A DNA stretch of 64,000 bases from Squalus acanthias (Eukaryota), in assembly GCA_030390025.1 (NCBI GenBank), contig CM059431.1, positions 125,738,001-125,802,000 of the forward strand. Direction: 5' to 3'. A program made the translations under genes and the position numbers. This document shows positions 1 to 13,498 of this stretch, in pieces. The stretch's first letter is position 1. Each line of letters starts with the position of its first letter. The notes beneath the pieces were generated by a model, which was not told the origin of the DNA, searched no databases, and was given only the letters and a program-made list of their open reading frames with translations.

Positions 1-953
1 AAAAGACTGTTGAACTTTCTGATCCGTACGGATCTACCTCGTGTCGCGTAACGAAGACCTATGTTGGTAACTGGCAGCGGAACCAAAGGCCCGAGATGAG
101 ATGAGATGAGATGAGATGAGAGGAGAAGAGAAGAAGACCATATCCATCGCCACGGTCAGTAAATCCCGACCGCGCCTGTAGGTCGATCAGCCAAGTCTTC
201 TCGACAGGAAGTTTTCTTCTTTAAACTTCTAACAAAACATATTGCATCAATGATAACTGGACTGTGCAAACACATCGTATCAATGATATTGACAACGGTG
301 CTCCTCGACTAAACTGTGAAGTCCACCAACAGAGGTCTTCACTACAGCAGACGGTCCAGCCTACTAGCCCGAGCAGCAGAAGCCAGTAAACAAGTGGGAC
401 CAGGAGATCTCCTGACCGACACGTGGGTGCTGCGGTGAAAAACATCCGATCAGCTATTCGGAATTTCTCCGAGTTATTACGAGTGGTGAGCATGAGTCTC
501 GAGATCCTACGAAGCTAGTTTAGGATAGATATTGATAGGGGAGGGTTTAAAGATTAAGGATATTTGTAATGTGTGCCCTATTTACGTTGTGCCGTTCGTT
601 CCTCGTTTCCCTAAGATTGATTATAACCGTTTGTAAGATTGTACTGTCATTAATCTGTGCGTATGACATGTATTTCATAATTTTAAGTATCATGCAATAA
701 AGATTTTCCATTTCGTACCATTCAAACCAAGTCTACATGAGTTTTATCTCCATTACTGCTCTCGCATCTAAGTCCAGTGTCTAGAACCGTAAGGGAGAGT
801 GATTCGAACCACTCACAGGTGTGTCTAGTGTTCCCAGACTGGCTGGAGACCAGAACAGGCAACCAGGCCTAGACCCGCACTGACATACAGGCTGCACAGA
901 GCCGCGTGAATCTCACAGGCTACGAGACACGCAGGGCAGGAGAATCCCTTACA
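1..953 (+). mobile_element. ERV LTR, family A, 5'-truncated by the window edge (solo or 3' LTR)
   Basis: Matches the 3' half of LTR 41650-43327 (GAGAT repeats, GTG|GTGAGC, AATAAA, ends GAATCCCTTACA at 953). Not followed by a PBS. Confidence 0.93.
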
Positions 954-1554
954 GCCGGGGACCTGGAGGCCCTGCCGATCTGAACGGCAGGTCCTTATTT
1001 AAATAAAATGCTGCAGTCTCCTGCCCGACAGCCTGGCTGGCGGGTGGGAGCACAAGCAAGTGGAAGGAGGCCACAACCAGGGACTGTGGGGGCGGTCCAC
1101 GGCAATCCGTGGGGTTTTGAAGATCGGAGCCGTGATCAAGAGTGGCGGCAGGGGGCTGAGAGGTCTTGCCATGATTGGAGGGAGGGGGGCTAATCCTGTT
1201 CAAGGGAGGCCCAAGGCTTCTTCGTGAAGCCCGGAGGAACACTCCTGCTCATTTTGACCCAAAAGAAAACCTGAAAAATAAATTTGAAACTTGCTGCTGT
1301 GCCTCTTCTGGCCCAGGATCCAGCTCCCGAAAGGTTTTGCCTGGTGGGAGAGCCGACACTGCCCCTCATCCTGCACCCCCCCCCCCTCTCACCAATCAAG
1401 CCTCTGGTTGAAGTTACAGATTGGGTCTTGATGACAACATCTGACCCAATCCGCTGTAGTCCTTGTGGTGATGGTTCTCACATGGTATGTTAGATAGGGA
1501 ATTCCAGGATTTTGGCATCATATGTCCAAGTCAGGAGGTGTGGCTTGCAATTCT

Positions 1555-1790
1555 CAACACAACCTATCTCAGACCTTCCCTTTTGTTCTTTCAACCCCTC
1601 CCCCATTTCCCAGCTCCTACACTTGCTTAAAAATCTGTTCCATTTCCTGCTTTTTTCCAGTTCTGACGAAAGGTCATCGACCTGAAACGTTAACTCTGTT
1701 TCTCTCTTCACAGATGCTGCCTGACCTGCTGAGTATCTCCAGCATTTTCTGTTTTTATTTCAGATTTCCAGCATCTACAATATTTTCTTT
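1555..1790 (+). mobile_element. Penelope-like element terminal fragment
   Basis: Near-identical to the 3' end (approx. 8040-8260) of the GIY-YIG-bearing element at 7340-8260. Confidence 0.75.
1658..1696 (+). ncRNA. Minimal type I hammerhead ribozyme motif (Penelope-associated)
   Basis: AGTT-CTGACGA-A-AGGTC(ATC)GACCT-GAAACGTTAACT: CUGANGA and GAAA cores, paired stem II, short palindromic stem III (AACGTT). Confidence 0.7.
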
Positions 1791-2599
1791 TTGTAGAACC
1801 TTTTTCTTACTGCTTTAAGTAAAGTGCCAGGAGGAGCTCCAAGAACTGCTCCTTCATTGAACAGAGCCTGGAGGTTCTGCTGGATAAGGTGACGCTGAGA
1901 AAAGTGGCATATTTAGAGATGAGGTGAACCCTCCTCATACAGCAAATGTGCAGCACACAAGAGAGGATGGGAGGCTGATCAGGAATTGATCTCTCTGGAT
2001 GATGATCTATCCACTCACCCCAGTTAGCCTATCTCATAGGACTGCAAAAGAGGCAGGTAGGGAAGAGGATAAGCCAGCCATAACAGACACCGAGGTGCTG
2101 GAAGTAGAGGCAGTGTCATCTCAGGACCCAATCGCAACAAGGTAATGAACACAGGAAAGGCACAGGTTCCCCATTGAGGTGACATTTAGGAGTATGAGAC
2201 TACAAAGTAGACAACATACACACTACACTGGCCTGCAAAATCCAGGGGTCAGTTTGTGGGGTAGGATCCCAGCAGTTATATCAAGATTGTGCTCACTGTG
2301 GAAGTTCACCACTGACTTGCTGAAGTTCATAGGGTCGGGGAGTGGGGCCTGCAGTAGTGAATCTTTGACGATGTGGGTGTACATCAGTGGCAACACTCCT
2401 TCGCACCAAAGACTCTGGAAATGCCAGACGTGGCTGGGTTCCCAAGAAAAGAAGCCCCCTTTCAACCCCTTGTTTTTTGGTTCCTCATCTTCCGGGGTCC
2501 AGGCCCCAACCCTGGCCTGGATCCCCAGGTGGGCCCCATTTCTGCTGGGATCAGACTGGTAATGAAAAACAACGTATCTACATCAAGATGAAGGCATTG

Positions 2600-3300
2600 T
2601 GATAGGTGCCAGGGTACCTACATTATTCTATTATTGTGAACCAAGAGCAACTGAATGCTAATAGAATGGTAGTCTTTATGATTCACATGTGCCATGGAAT
2701 TGGAATTGATGGCTACATGGGTGTCATCAATGAGATCCGGCACTTTAAGGAAACCAGTTACCAGGTAGAAGTGTTGCACCTTCTCATGTTGTTCTCTCTT
2801 TTCCATTGGGAAAGTGAAAAAAATGTTTCCTCTGACAAATATGGCATTGGTGACCAGCTTGAAACATCGACAGACTAGAGTCTGATTAATGTGGCAAATG
2901 TCACCAATGGTGGCTTGAAAGGATCCTGTGGTGTGAAAGTTCAATGCAGTGGTGACGTTCAACACGATGAGCAGGGCTGTCCTTGTGCTGGATCAAGTCT
3001 TTAGATTTGCTGTCCAGTAGAGAGTAAAGTTCAATACTGAAGAGGAGACAGCAAAGGCTCTTCACATATACCCAAGTAGTTGAGCCTGGGTCGAATAACA
3101 TAGTTCCTGGGCTAACTGTGGCTGAGTGCCAGATACCTGAGGTGCAAGCACGTCTGCCTTTACTTCCTTTGCTGAACATGTCTTCCTCCTTCAAATCCAG
3201 GATAGCCATTGTCGGGTCCAATGGTATAATCATGCGGAGCAGTATGATTGTAGTTGAGGAAGGTAACTGGTGGTATCAAGAATGCTGCAGCTCTCAGCAC
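2600..3300 (-). pseudogene. Degenerate PIF/Harbinger (HARBI1-like) transposase fragment
   Basis: ORF 2618-2965 (VTTALNFHTTGSFQATIGDICHINQ...IDDTHVAI) parallels the transposase at 3725-4705. Confidence 0.7.
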
Positions 3301-3463
3301 TGGGACTGCCTGAATTTTTCCATTTGAATTTTTCTTGCTATTTAGGTGTGGTCGTACAGAGGTGTTTGCATTATTCTGAGTGCAATAGTTTTACAGCTAT
3401 TTTCTGTTGCTTTTCTGCAATTGTGGCCACAGTGCTCCTGAGTTTGAAGGTGGCGGACGTCTC

Positions 3464-4705
3464 TCAAAAGCGCTGTTCAATTAGATGGCGGCGAGCGTCC
3501 CTCTCAGGTGTGGCACGTCTACCTGGAAACCTCTGGGGCTCCCCCTGGTCCTCCTCCTCCTCCTCCTCTTCATCATCCTCCTCTTGTGGCTGCTGAGCTT
3601 GACCCTCAGGCACAATTGCTGGTGGTAATGGCAGGTCTCTCAGGATCATCAGATTGTGGAACATGCAGCAAATCACCACGAATGTGGACACCTTCTGAGC
3701 CGAATACTCCAGGGCACCACCTGATCAGTCAAGGCATCTAAACCTCTGCTTGAGGACCCCAGTGGTCTGCTCAATGATATTCTTGGTGGCTGACTGGCTC
3801 TCATTGTATGAGTGCTCAGCTGGTGTCTGGGGGTTTCTCAGAGGAGTCATGAGCCATGGCATCAGAGGATATTCCTTGTCACCTAGTAGCCAGCCATGCA
3901 CATTGCGTTGGGGCTTAAAGATCTGTGGGATGGATGACTGTCTCATTATAAATGCATTGTGGCAGCTCTCTGGATAGCAGGCATTCACCTGCTTAATTCG
4001 CTGCCGGTGGTCGCAGACAAGCTGTACATTGAGGGAATGGAATCCCTTCCTGTTCCTGAACACATCCAAGTTTAAATGAGGGGTTCGCATGGCCACATGT
4101 GTACCGTCAATGGCTCCGTGGACCATGGGGAATCCTGCAATCCTGTCAAATCCTAGTGCTCTCTGCCTCTGGTCTTCTCTGGCAATAGGGAATGATATGT
4201 AGTCATTCCTCAGAGCGTATAGAGCCGCAGAGACCTCACTTATGCAGAGGTGCACAGAGCATTGTGAGATGTGACTTGTATCACTTGTAGCAGCCTGGAA
4301 GGTTCCAGTAGCATGAAGGTTAAGTGCTACTGTGACCTTGACTGCCACAGGCAATGCAGTCCTGGCTGTGCTTTGACATCTGAGTCTTCGTTCCACAAGG
4401 CCACAGATCTCTGTGATGACCTCCTTGGTAAAGTGCAGCCTCCTCATGCACTGGTCTTGGGTCATGTGAATGTAGGAGTATTGCCCTCTGAAGACCCTGG
4501 GTGGATAGCGCCCCCTGCTGAGAGTCCTCCTCGCTCTCCTGTCCCTCTCTCCTGCAGCAGCTGGTGCTGCTCTACCTGCCCTCATCTCCTCCTCCAAATC
4601 CTCACGCAGAGCAAGGGGGACCCATAGCAAGATGCCCATGATCAAGCACTCTCTTTCTCCTGGTGACTCCTGTAACGTGTCTAATAATGTAGAGTAGCAC
4701 AGCAC
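3464..4705 (-). pseudogene. PIF/Harbinger DDE transposase (HARBI1-like) with a premature stop
   Basis: Motifs AIDGTHV, NRKGFHSLNVQLVCD, LLGDKEYP, IEQTTGVLKQRFRCLD. C-terminal CCMFHN and an acidic tail continue in 3464-3691. Confidence 0.88.
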
Positions 4706-5110
4706 TCACTCTTTTTAGGTGAATTCCTGAGAAAATATCCAGGAAAAACATTGATAAAGTGTTGGTGAAGTCTTGACAAAGTGTCCCAGAAAGTCTCCTG
4801 ATGTGTCTCAAACGATCTCTTCAAGTACAATGCAGTCAGTCAATCTCAATCAGCAAGTGAACATTGAAGGCTGAGCATGGCTTTAAGTAACACTTGAAAT
4901 AATCAGCAAGGACTTGTTTACTTCTGTTTAGCTGGTCGGTGTTTGGAGAGGTTGTTAAATTAAGCCTTACCTACCAAAATGGCATGTAGCCTCTTAAATC
5001 AGCGCTAGCAGGCAATTTAATTGTCAATCAGCCACTTAACGTTCCTAGCGCTGGCTTCAACTCCTTTACCATGATGGTGTCTTGCACTAAACGTGGGCTA
5101 AACCGGTGTT

Positions 5111-5797
5111 TCATAGATTCATAGAAGATAGGAGCAGGAGTAGGCCATTCGCCCCCTCTAGCCTGCTCCGCCATTCAATGCGATCATGGCTGATCATCCA
5201 AATTCAGTACCCTGTCCCTGCTTTCTCCCCATATCCCTTGATCCCTTAGCCTTAAGAAATATATCCAACTCCTTCTTGAATCTATTTAATGAATTGGCCT
5301 CTACTGCCTTCTGTGGCAGAGAATTCCACAGGTTCACCACTCTCTGGGTGAAGAAATTCCTCCTCATTTCTGTCCTAAATGGCTTACCCCTTATCCTTAG
5401 ACTGTGACCCCTGGTTCTGGACTCCACGACCATCGGGAACATTCTTCCTGCATCTAGTTTGTCCTGTCCTGTCAGAATTTTATAAGTTTCAACGAGATCC
5501 CCTCTCATTTTTCTAAACTCCAGTGAGTATAAGCCCAATCGACCCAATCTTTCTTCATACGTCATTCCTGCCATCCCAGGTATCAGCCTTGTGAATCTAC
5601 GCTGAACTCCTTCCATGGCAAGAACATCCTTCCTCAGATAAGGCGACCAAAACTGCACACAGTACTCAAGGTGTGGTCTCACCAAGGCCCTGTACAACTG
5701 CAGCAAGACATCCTTGTTCCTGTACTCAAACCCTCTCGCTATGAAAGCCAACATACCATTTGCCTTCTTAACCGCCTGCTGCACCTGCATGCTTACT
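5111..5797 (-). mobile_element. CR1 LINE 3' fragment
   Basis: ORF 5194-5790 has the CR1 RT C-terminus (LYRALVRPHLEYCVQFWSP, FFTQRVVNLWNSLP), followed by a 3' UTR with CATAGA repeats. Confidence 0.92.
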
Positions 5798-5836
5798 TGC
5801 TACTTGAGACCCCATCTTGTTCACCTCTTTACTTCT

Positions 5837-7335
5837 TTAGTGCCTAAAGTATTTGGCTAAAATAGCCCCCCAAATCCTTAATCTTTCTTTTCCTAGCACT
5901 CCAACATGGTGCAACCCCTGTGGCTTGCGCAGAGGTAGAGGCAGGCTGCTCAGATCCCTGCTCTGACTGTTGAGCTGCTCTTGGCCGACGGCCTCTGGGT
6001 TTTGGGGCCCGCGAGGGCCTCGCCAAAGACAGCTCCACCTGCACCTGTGCAGGGGTAGACTCGGCCATCGGGACTCAAAGCAGCATGTTGGGTACTGACT
6101 GTGTGGGGGGTGGGGCAACGGATGAGAATTGGAAGTGCTTTGAATGGAGCCCGCACTTCCGTGTCCCCGTTCACTATCATCTCTCTCATGGCCCAGCCAC
6201 ACGTCATTGCTACCACTGTGCTGGAGAGCACTCTGTTGCAGATCAGTGGGGCACTGCAAGGCCAAGGCTAGGGTATCTGTCAACTTATTTAAGGTGGCAT
6301 CCAGAGTCTGCAAGCCCTTGCTTAAGGCCTGCATGGACTCATGTGATTGCTGTGTTTGATGTTCCATGACGTTGGCTAGTCTATCCATGTAAGAAGACAT
6401 CATCGCAGTGCCTTGCGACATCAACCCACTCATGCTTGAGGCTGACTTCTCCAATCTCTCTGCAGTCGTGGTCAATGTGCTTTGAAGGCCTGTCAGTACA
6501 TCACACACTCGCTGCTGTTGCTCAATGATTATCCTCTTCATCAATGGCCCCCGGGATACAGCATCTGTGTCCAGCTGAGCAGAGCTTGGAGAGGGCTATG
6601 CCCTCCGACATGGACTCTCCACTGCTGTCCCTGCCACCACCATCTGCTCTTGCTCACTTGTGAAGTGTGAGTCTCCAGGTGAAAACCCATCTATCTGTCT
6701 TACTGGTCCCACCTGCGAGTATCTGAGCTGGTGCATGGTATGCAGAGACTCCACTGATCTCCAGCGCCTCCTCCTCTGCACTTGTGAGTTGCGAGATGGC
6801 TGGAGGGCCACCTCCAGTTCTCTGCATCTTCCTGGTGTTTTGTGCTCTCTTATCCGGCAAGGAGGGAAGGAACAGACCTACGAGTGAGTATAATTCCATG
6901 TGTTTATCAGATGATGGAGAGCATTTAGTATGGCTGAGTATCATGGAGAGGCATGACATTGCAGAAGGATGGGGGTGAGCATCAGTGGTGGATGGATAGA
7001 TGGGGATGTGAGGAAGTGCATAGACAGAGAGGGATGAGTGCACCTGCAAAGTAAGTGGGTATGAGGAGTGATGTGATGGAGTAGCTTGAGAAGGCAAGGT
7101 GTGGGGGTGGGTGATTCAAACAATGTAGGTGAATGTACCACTGTACTCACCTTTTTTTACCTGGTTAGGTCATTAAAATGTTTCCTGCACTGCATGCAAG
7201 AGCGTGGAACTACAGTCCTGCTGCTGACCACCACTGCAGTCTCCAACTATGAGTTCTTGGTCTCTGCCGCAGGGTTTTTCCTCCCATTGCTGGAGAATAG
7301 TATCTCCCACTATTAAAATAGTATTTCTGCCACCT
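5837..7335 (-). pseudogene. Harbinger Myb/SANT-like second gene, intron-containing remnant
   Basis: KRAQNTRKMQRTGGGPPAISQLTSAEEEALEI (TGGG motif of MSANTD-type proteins) plus a coiled-coil ORF at 5837-6544. Confidence 0.65.
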
Positions 7336-7339
7336 CCAG

Positions 7340-8260
7340 TGTGATTCCACCACTAAACACATCTTCCCCTTCCCTCCCCTTTCAGCATTCCAAAGGGACT
7401 GTTCCCTCTGCGACGCCCTGGTTCACTCCCCTATCACCCCCAACACCCACTCCCCTTCCCACAGCACCTTCCCGTGCAAGCACAAGAGATGCAACACCTG
7501 CCCTTTTACCTCCTCCCTTCCCACTGTCCAGGGCCTCAAATACTCCTTCCAGGTGAAACAGTGATTTACTCATACTTCTTTCAATTTAGTATACTGTATT
7601 TGCTGCTCACGATGCGGTCTCCTCTACATTGGGGAGACCAAATGCAGATTGGGTGACTGCTTTGCACAACACCTCCGTTCAGTCCGCAAGCGTGACCCTG
7701 AGCTTCCGGTCGCTTGTCATTTTAATTCTCCAGACCACTCCCACTCTAATCTCTCTGTCCTTGGCCTCCTACACTGTTCCAATGAAGCACAACATAAGCT
7801 CAAGGAACAGCACCTCATCTTTCTTCACTTCACAGCCTTCCAGACTCAACATTGAGTTCAGCAATTTCAGATCATAACCTCTGCCCCCGTTTTTTCAGAT
7901 GGCAGCTGTTGCTGATGATTCTGCCACTCCCATTTACACCTCCTCTAGACTCATCTTTTGTTTCTTTACTTGTCCCATTACCATCTGCTTTCACCTCGCA
8001 CCATCATCCCTTTTGTCATTTAATCTCTCCTGCCTTCCACCCTATCACAGACCTTCCCTTTTGTTCTTTCCTCCCCTTCCCCATTTCCCTGCCTCTGTAC
8101 TTACTTAAATCCTGTCACATCTCTAACCTTTTCCAGTTCTGACGAAAGATCATCGACCTGAAACATTAACTCTGTTTCTCTCTCCACAGATGCTGCCTGA
8201 CCTGCTGAGTATTTCCAGCAATGTCTGTTTTTATTTCAGATTTCCAGCATCTGCAGTATT
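7340..8260 (+). mobile_element. Penelope-like retroelement 3' part (GIY-YIG endonuclease remnant and terminal repeat)
   Basis: Translation gives NLVYCICCSRCGLLYIGETK, then DCFAQHLRSVRKRDPELPVACHFN...KLKEQHLIF. Confidence 0.85.
8134..8172 (+). ncRNA. Degenerate hammerhead ribozyme motif (Penelope)
   Basis: CTGACGA...GAAAC cores as at 1658-1696, but with mismatches in stems II and III. Confidence 0.5.
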
Positions 8261-8267
8261 TTCCTTA

Positions 8268-8535
8268 AGTACTGTTGAAGGGTCGTCTCTGTTGTAATGT
8301 AGGAAACGCGGCTGCTAATTTGCGCACAGCAAGTTCCCACAAACAGCAATGTTTTTAGGTGTTGGTTGAGGGACAAATATTGGCCAGGATACCAGGGAGA
8401 ACTTCTCTGCTATGCTTTGAAATAATGCCATGGGATCTTTTACATCCACCTGAGGGGGAAGACGGGGCTTCAGTTTAACGCGTCATGTGAAAGACAGCAC
8501 CTCTGACAGTGCAGTGCTCCCTCTGTATTGGACTG
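8268..8535 (-). repeat. Deu-domain-type SINE
   Basis: GCACAGCAAGTTCCCACAAACAGCAATG and CTGACAGTGCAG blocks; reverse complement of the copy at 50860-51200. Confidence 0.6.
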
Positions 8536-9387
8536 TCAGAGCAGTTAATATACTCTCAGAGCAGTTAATCTTATGGTGATTAACCTATTTGAAAAAAGTG
8601 CTCGACAAATATCTGGTTAAGCATGGTATTGAAGTTTATGAAGATAGTTTGAGATTAGCTAGAGATGATTAGTTATTGCAGCAAATGCTCTGGTTGCAGT
8701 CCTGCTTGGATCATGGGATTAAAATAAGTGGAATGTAACTGGAAAGGTTGAAAAATGAAGATTGTAATGCTAAATTATATCCTTCAGTTATTATTTTATT
8801 TCCTTAAAGGATGAGAAAGAAATTTTGTAGTTCATCTTCTTGCAAATTTTAGCTGTGGTTATTCACCTCTGGAGATTAAACAGAGTGGCCCGGGTTTTAC
8901 TCTCAGTGGCGAAGAAACAGCACTCACCGTTCACCTTGCTGACAGCTGCCCACAAAGTTTTCTCGGGCGTTTGAGTGGAGATTTGCTCTAATCTGGCGTC
9001 TGATTCAGTGCAGCGCCCTCTACAGAGCATCTGTGTTGTCTGTGAGCAGGCCAAGCAACAGTGAGGCTCCTCAACCAGTGAGATTGAAGAAACCTCACTG
9101 AGACATGCAGAGGCTTAAATTGGAAAGCCCCCAAATGCATGATACCCCGCGCCCATTCAGTGTAATGCAAGCAGCACACCAACTTCATGCATCCTGCTCA
9201 TTATAATGATTCCTGCTTGCAGCCAGCGCTAACCATGCTGTTCATTGGCTGCATGCATCAGCAGGGGACCCAATATGGTTACTTCCTAGCACTACATAAA
9301 GCTAGCCAGCGCTGCTTAAAGCTAGCCTGCACCTCTTAAAGGAGGTGCTGAGATCATTGGGAATAATGTGCTGTGCAACAATCAACA

Positions 9388-12300
9388 ATGGCTGACCATG
9401 GGAGAGAGTGTGCACCAAAGTTTTTGGATGCTGCACTGGAAGTATTGGTGGAGGAAATGGAACGGAGGATAGATGTCCAATATTCACAGTGGGGCAGGAG
9501 GCCATCCAGGCACACAATGAGAAGGCAGTGGTAACAGATAGCCGTGGAGGTCAATGCCAGGAGTTTAGCCACAAGGACCTGGATGCAGTGCTGCAAGAAG
9601 TATAATGACCTCACATGAGTGGTCAAGGTCAGTGAATGCCTCATCAAATGCAATATCCTACCAACTGCACCACTAGCCTCAGCCACTGCTCAATTTACCA
9701 CACCCCAATCAATCACCTACCAACCATCTCTATCAATCAGGACTCATACCTAACATTCATATGCTTCACTTCATCCTCACACACTTAGCACTGTTGCAAG
9801 CCTCACACCCACATCTCATAGCTTGCACACACTGCCAGCTATTCTACCATGACAGCCACATCATCCAAACATATTTCATAACACACACTGACACACTTCC
9901 CTTTCTCTTGCAGGAGAAGGTAGTGCACAAACAGGAACTAACCGGAGGGTGAGAGGCACACCTGCATGATCTAACCTCCATGGACGAGATGCTGCTGGCC
10001 ATTATAGGAAAGGCCATTGCTGAGGCCGTGGTCACCGGCAGGGCTGAATCAATTGAAGATGACGGTATCCTCATACCTAATCCTCCTCCTCACATCCCAC
10101 TTCCTCCTCATCCCACAATATTTTCTGACTTACAAGCTGCAGATGGTGTAAGCATGCACTTCTCACTTTCTCCTCTCCCCTCACCATAACCTAACCCTTG
10201 TGCCTTTTTCCTTTCAGATACCCAAGAACTGCAACCTGCAGTGGAGGAAGACCAAGAAGAGAGTGATGATGAAGACACATCGTCAGTCGATTTCACAGAC
10301 ACCAGCTCAGATACTGACACTGCACTTATCTTAGAGGATAGCATAGAGGCGGGATCTGCATGTGGTGAGACATCGGGCACAAGTGCGCTAGGCAGGGGGC
10401 AAGGACAGCACAGGTGCCAGCTCGCCAGAGGGCGAGATCGCACACGAGTTCTGCTGCAGAGGACTCAGATGAGGACTTTGATGGTCCAGGCTACAGAAAA
10501 AGGCTGATGGGTGTACACACCAAAATATTTGGTGCTTTGGGAAGCCTGCCAGAAAGCCTGCATTCAATGTCAAGGAGCATGTATGAGTCCGGCACCAACT
10601 TGGCACTGGGCTTTGCGCAGAGTTTTGAGCCCACCCTTTCCAGCATGGAACTTGTGGCCAACTGCATCAACACACTTGTGGAACCAACCACGATGCAGTG
10701 TCTGATGGGCAAAGACTCAGCTTCCATTGAAGCACAAGCAACAGCCACCCAACGCTCAGACCGCTGCCATCATGACTCTGGATACCAGTGTTCAAAGGGG
10801 CTTCCAAGGTGTCACAGCAGTCGAGCAATCTATCCTCCAACAGATTACTAGGATTGCTGAGGCTCTGCCCCAGGGGAGTGGCAGTGGCTCCATGGAGCAC
10901 AAACTTGCTGTTGCCTGTCAGCCAGCCAGCCGAGACTGCTGTCATCTATGCCGAGATGGTGCAGTCCAAAGCCGAGCCTTCCAGGCCCAGAGCTCCTGTA
11001 AAATTCGCAATTATCGCGATTCGAAATAACGAGATAATGCAGATTCGTTTCATCTGTTTTATTTCAACGAAATGCTGTCATGATTAAACAGGACACAGAA
11101 GCCTGTAAAATGGCCACCGCGCCTCGTGGCAGAAGCTTCCAGAATTTTCAGTGGGCAGACAAGATGGCGTTCGAATAAACATTTCAGTATAAGATTGGTT
11201 AATACGCAGCAAACACTGATAAAGACAGGATGCAACCTGTCTGCATTCGACACAATAGCAAGAGATAAGTGCTGGAATCATTTTCCATGCACAAGTAAGG
11301 ACCATTGTACTGGGCCATCGAAGGCCCATCCAGATACATCAATACGCAAATTCCCCACGGCTCTACAATGAGAGAGCCATTCTCGGGTGATTAAGTCAGT
11401 ATTCGAGGAGGCCCCAAAACCAGTCAGGGAGACTCCTAGCCGGTTCGACAATGGGGAAAACATTAACGGATAGTTGGCCAGTTTAAGGTGCTACCGAAAC
11501 GCATTAAAGGAAAGAATCGCCCCATGCTGGGAGTTTTGTGCACCAGTATTACACAAAGGACAAACATCAAGATTTGAGCGGGAGATAAGGGAACACAGCA
11601 CTATAACTATAGTGAACAAATGTCCATCGGGGGGCTTATTATCTCTGCTGACTCTTGACTCGGGCTGAACTCTTGACTGTTTTATCTCGCTGATGACTGC
11701 TGAACTTTTATTCTCCTATTCTGATCCTCGGGTATCGCTCTGCTGGATGAGCAGCCTTCTGTTTTTCTCTGGAGTCTGTTGACTACGAGACAAGATGAGA
11801 CGAGAAGAAGAGGAGAAGAATTCACGTACCGCCACGATCAGTAAACCCCGACCGCGCCCGAAAATACAAGAAAGAACTGCAGCGAAACGAGCCGAGTGCC
11901 TTACTTTAAAATTCTCCGAAGTATCACGAGTGGTGAGCATGTTTCCCGATGCTACAAATCTAGATTAGTGTAGGTATTGATAGGGGAGGGTCGTTTTATT
12001 AAGGATAAATATAATGTGTTCCCCTTTTTACGATGTGCCGTGCGTTCCTCATTACCCTAGACCAAGTTTTATGAATGTATGTATACTTGTACTGTCATTA
12101 ATTTGTGCCTATGACATGTACTTCATGATTTTGGACGTTATGCAATAAAGATTTCCATTTCGTACTATTCAACTGGGTCTATTTGAGTTTTCTCTGCATT
12201 ACTGCTCTCGCACCTAAGTCCAGTGTTAGTACCGTAAGGGCGAGTGGGTCGAACCACTCACAGGTGCTTATTGCAACAAGGCTGGCCGGAGACTAGAGCA

Positions 12301-12470
12301 AGCAATAGTATTAGGCAACGAAGGCCTAACCCCGCACAAGCACCTACGACCGAACCCCTTACACTCCTCGAAGCCATTCTCCAAGGCCATCTGCAATCTC
12401 CTGCACTGAAATTCACCAGCCTTCCACCAGCCATGCTGCAGCCGCTGGGGTAGCACTTCGCAGGAGCACT
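9388..12470 (+). pseudogene. Harbinger Myb/SANT-like gene remnant, interrupted by a solo LTR
   Basis: Begins MADHGRECAPKFLDAALEVLVEE and includes W..C.KKYNDL. GT/AG introns near 9628-9912 and 10065-10217, followed by an acidic exon. Confidence 0.65.
10997..12363 (+). mobile_element. Solo LTR, family B
   Basis: TGTAAAATTCGCAAT...CCCCTTACA with TSD CTCC on both sides; similar to the LTRs of 54406-62928. Confidence 0.92.
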
Positions 12471-12739
12471 AGGACAGGCAAAGGCACACAGAAGACAGGC
12501 ACTAAGGGAATGCACAGCAGTGATTAATTTATTTTTGTCTGCAATATGGCATGATTTAATTTATAACTTTGGTTTCAAATGTGTATATTGTTTTGGCTTT
12601 TATTTTTGCATTGTGGCCAAGAGTTCGATGTGATGGTCAGTGACAGAGGAAAGGTAAGGAGTGTGGGACTGTTGGTGAATGGGGAATTAGGTTTGAGGTT
12701 ACTGGTATCACACTTGAATTAGTTCTTCATGTAGAGCCC

Positions 12740-13498
12740 ATACAGAAAATAGCTATCTAGGTTGCAGCTTCCCTTACTCTTCGTCCACTTCCACCTCCTC
12801 CTCTTCCTCATCCTCTTCTTCTGCAGAATGAATGTTGCCAGGACCCCGGGCATCAACCTGCATGATGCACTGCCTCTGGTCACACACCAGCTGCATGTTG
12901 AGGGAGTGGAATCCCTTTTGTTTCAGGTACATTGCAGAGTTGACATAGGCGCATGCAAAGCAATGTGCGTGCAGTCAATGACACTCAGCACCATTTAGAA
13001 GCCTGCAAACCCTTGTGCTCGCTCCACCTGATTCTCTCTGGCAAGAGGGAATGAAATTAAATTATCTCTCTTTGAATAGAGAGCCTCAGTAACCTCCCTT
13101 ATGCAGCAGTGCACTGCAAACTGCGAGATGTTGCTAATATCTCCAGCACCAGTCTGGAAGGAGCCAGACGCATAAAAGTTCATAGCCACGGTCACCTTCA
13201 CAGCCACTGGCAATGCGGTCCTTTCCCTGCTCTGAGGTTGAAGCAGTTGGCAGATTTCAGTGACAACTTCCTTAGTGAAGTGCAGACGTCTTAAACACTG
13301 GTAGTCGCTGAAGCGCAGGTAGGAGAATTGCTCCCTCAGCACCCTTGCCGAATATGACTTCCTGCTGAGAATCCTTCTCCCTCGCCTCCTCCTCCCTCTT
13401 CTAGCAGCTTTTCCTGCTCTCCGTGGTATCTGCTCATTCGCCCAGTTATGCTCGATTTCTAGAGGAAGGCCTACTAGTGCACCCATGTACGGGAGCAA
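12740..13498 (-). pseudogene. Harbinger transposase remnant, convergent with the Myb-like gene
   Basis: CLRRLHFTKEVVTEIC...TALPVAVKVTVAMNFYASGSFQ is homologous to 3725-4705; internally deleted. Confidence 0.8.

Noticed and set aside
3725..4705. Domesticated host HARBI1 gene
   Set aside because: Premature stop and several decayed paralogous copies nearby indicate transposon copies.
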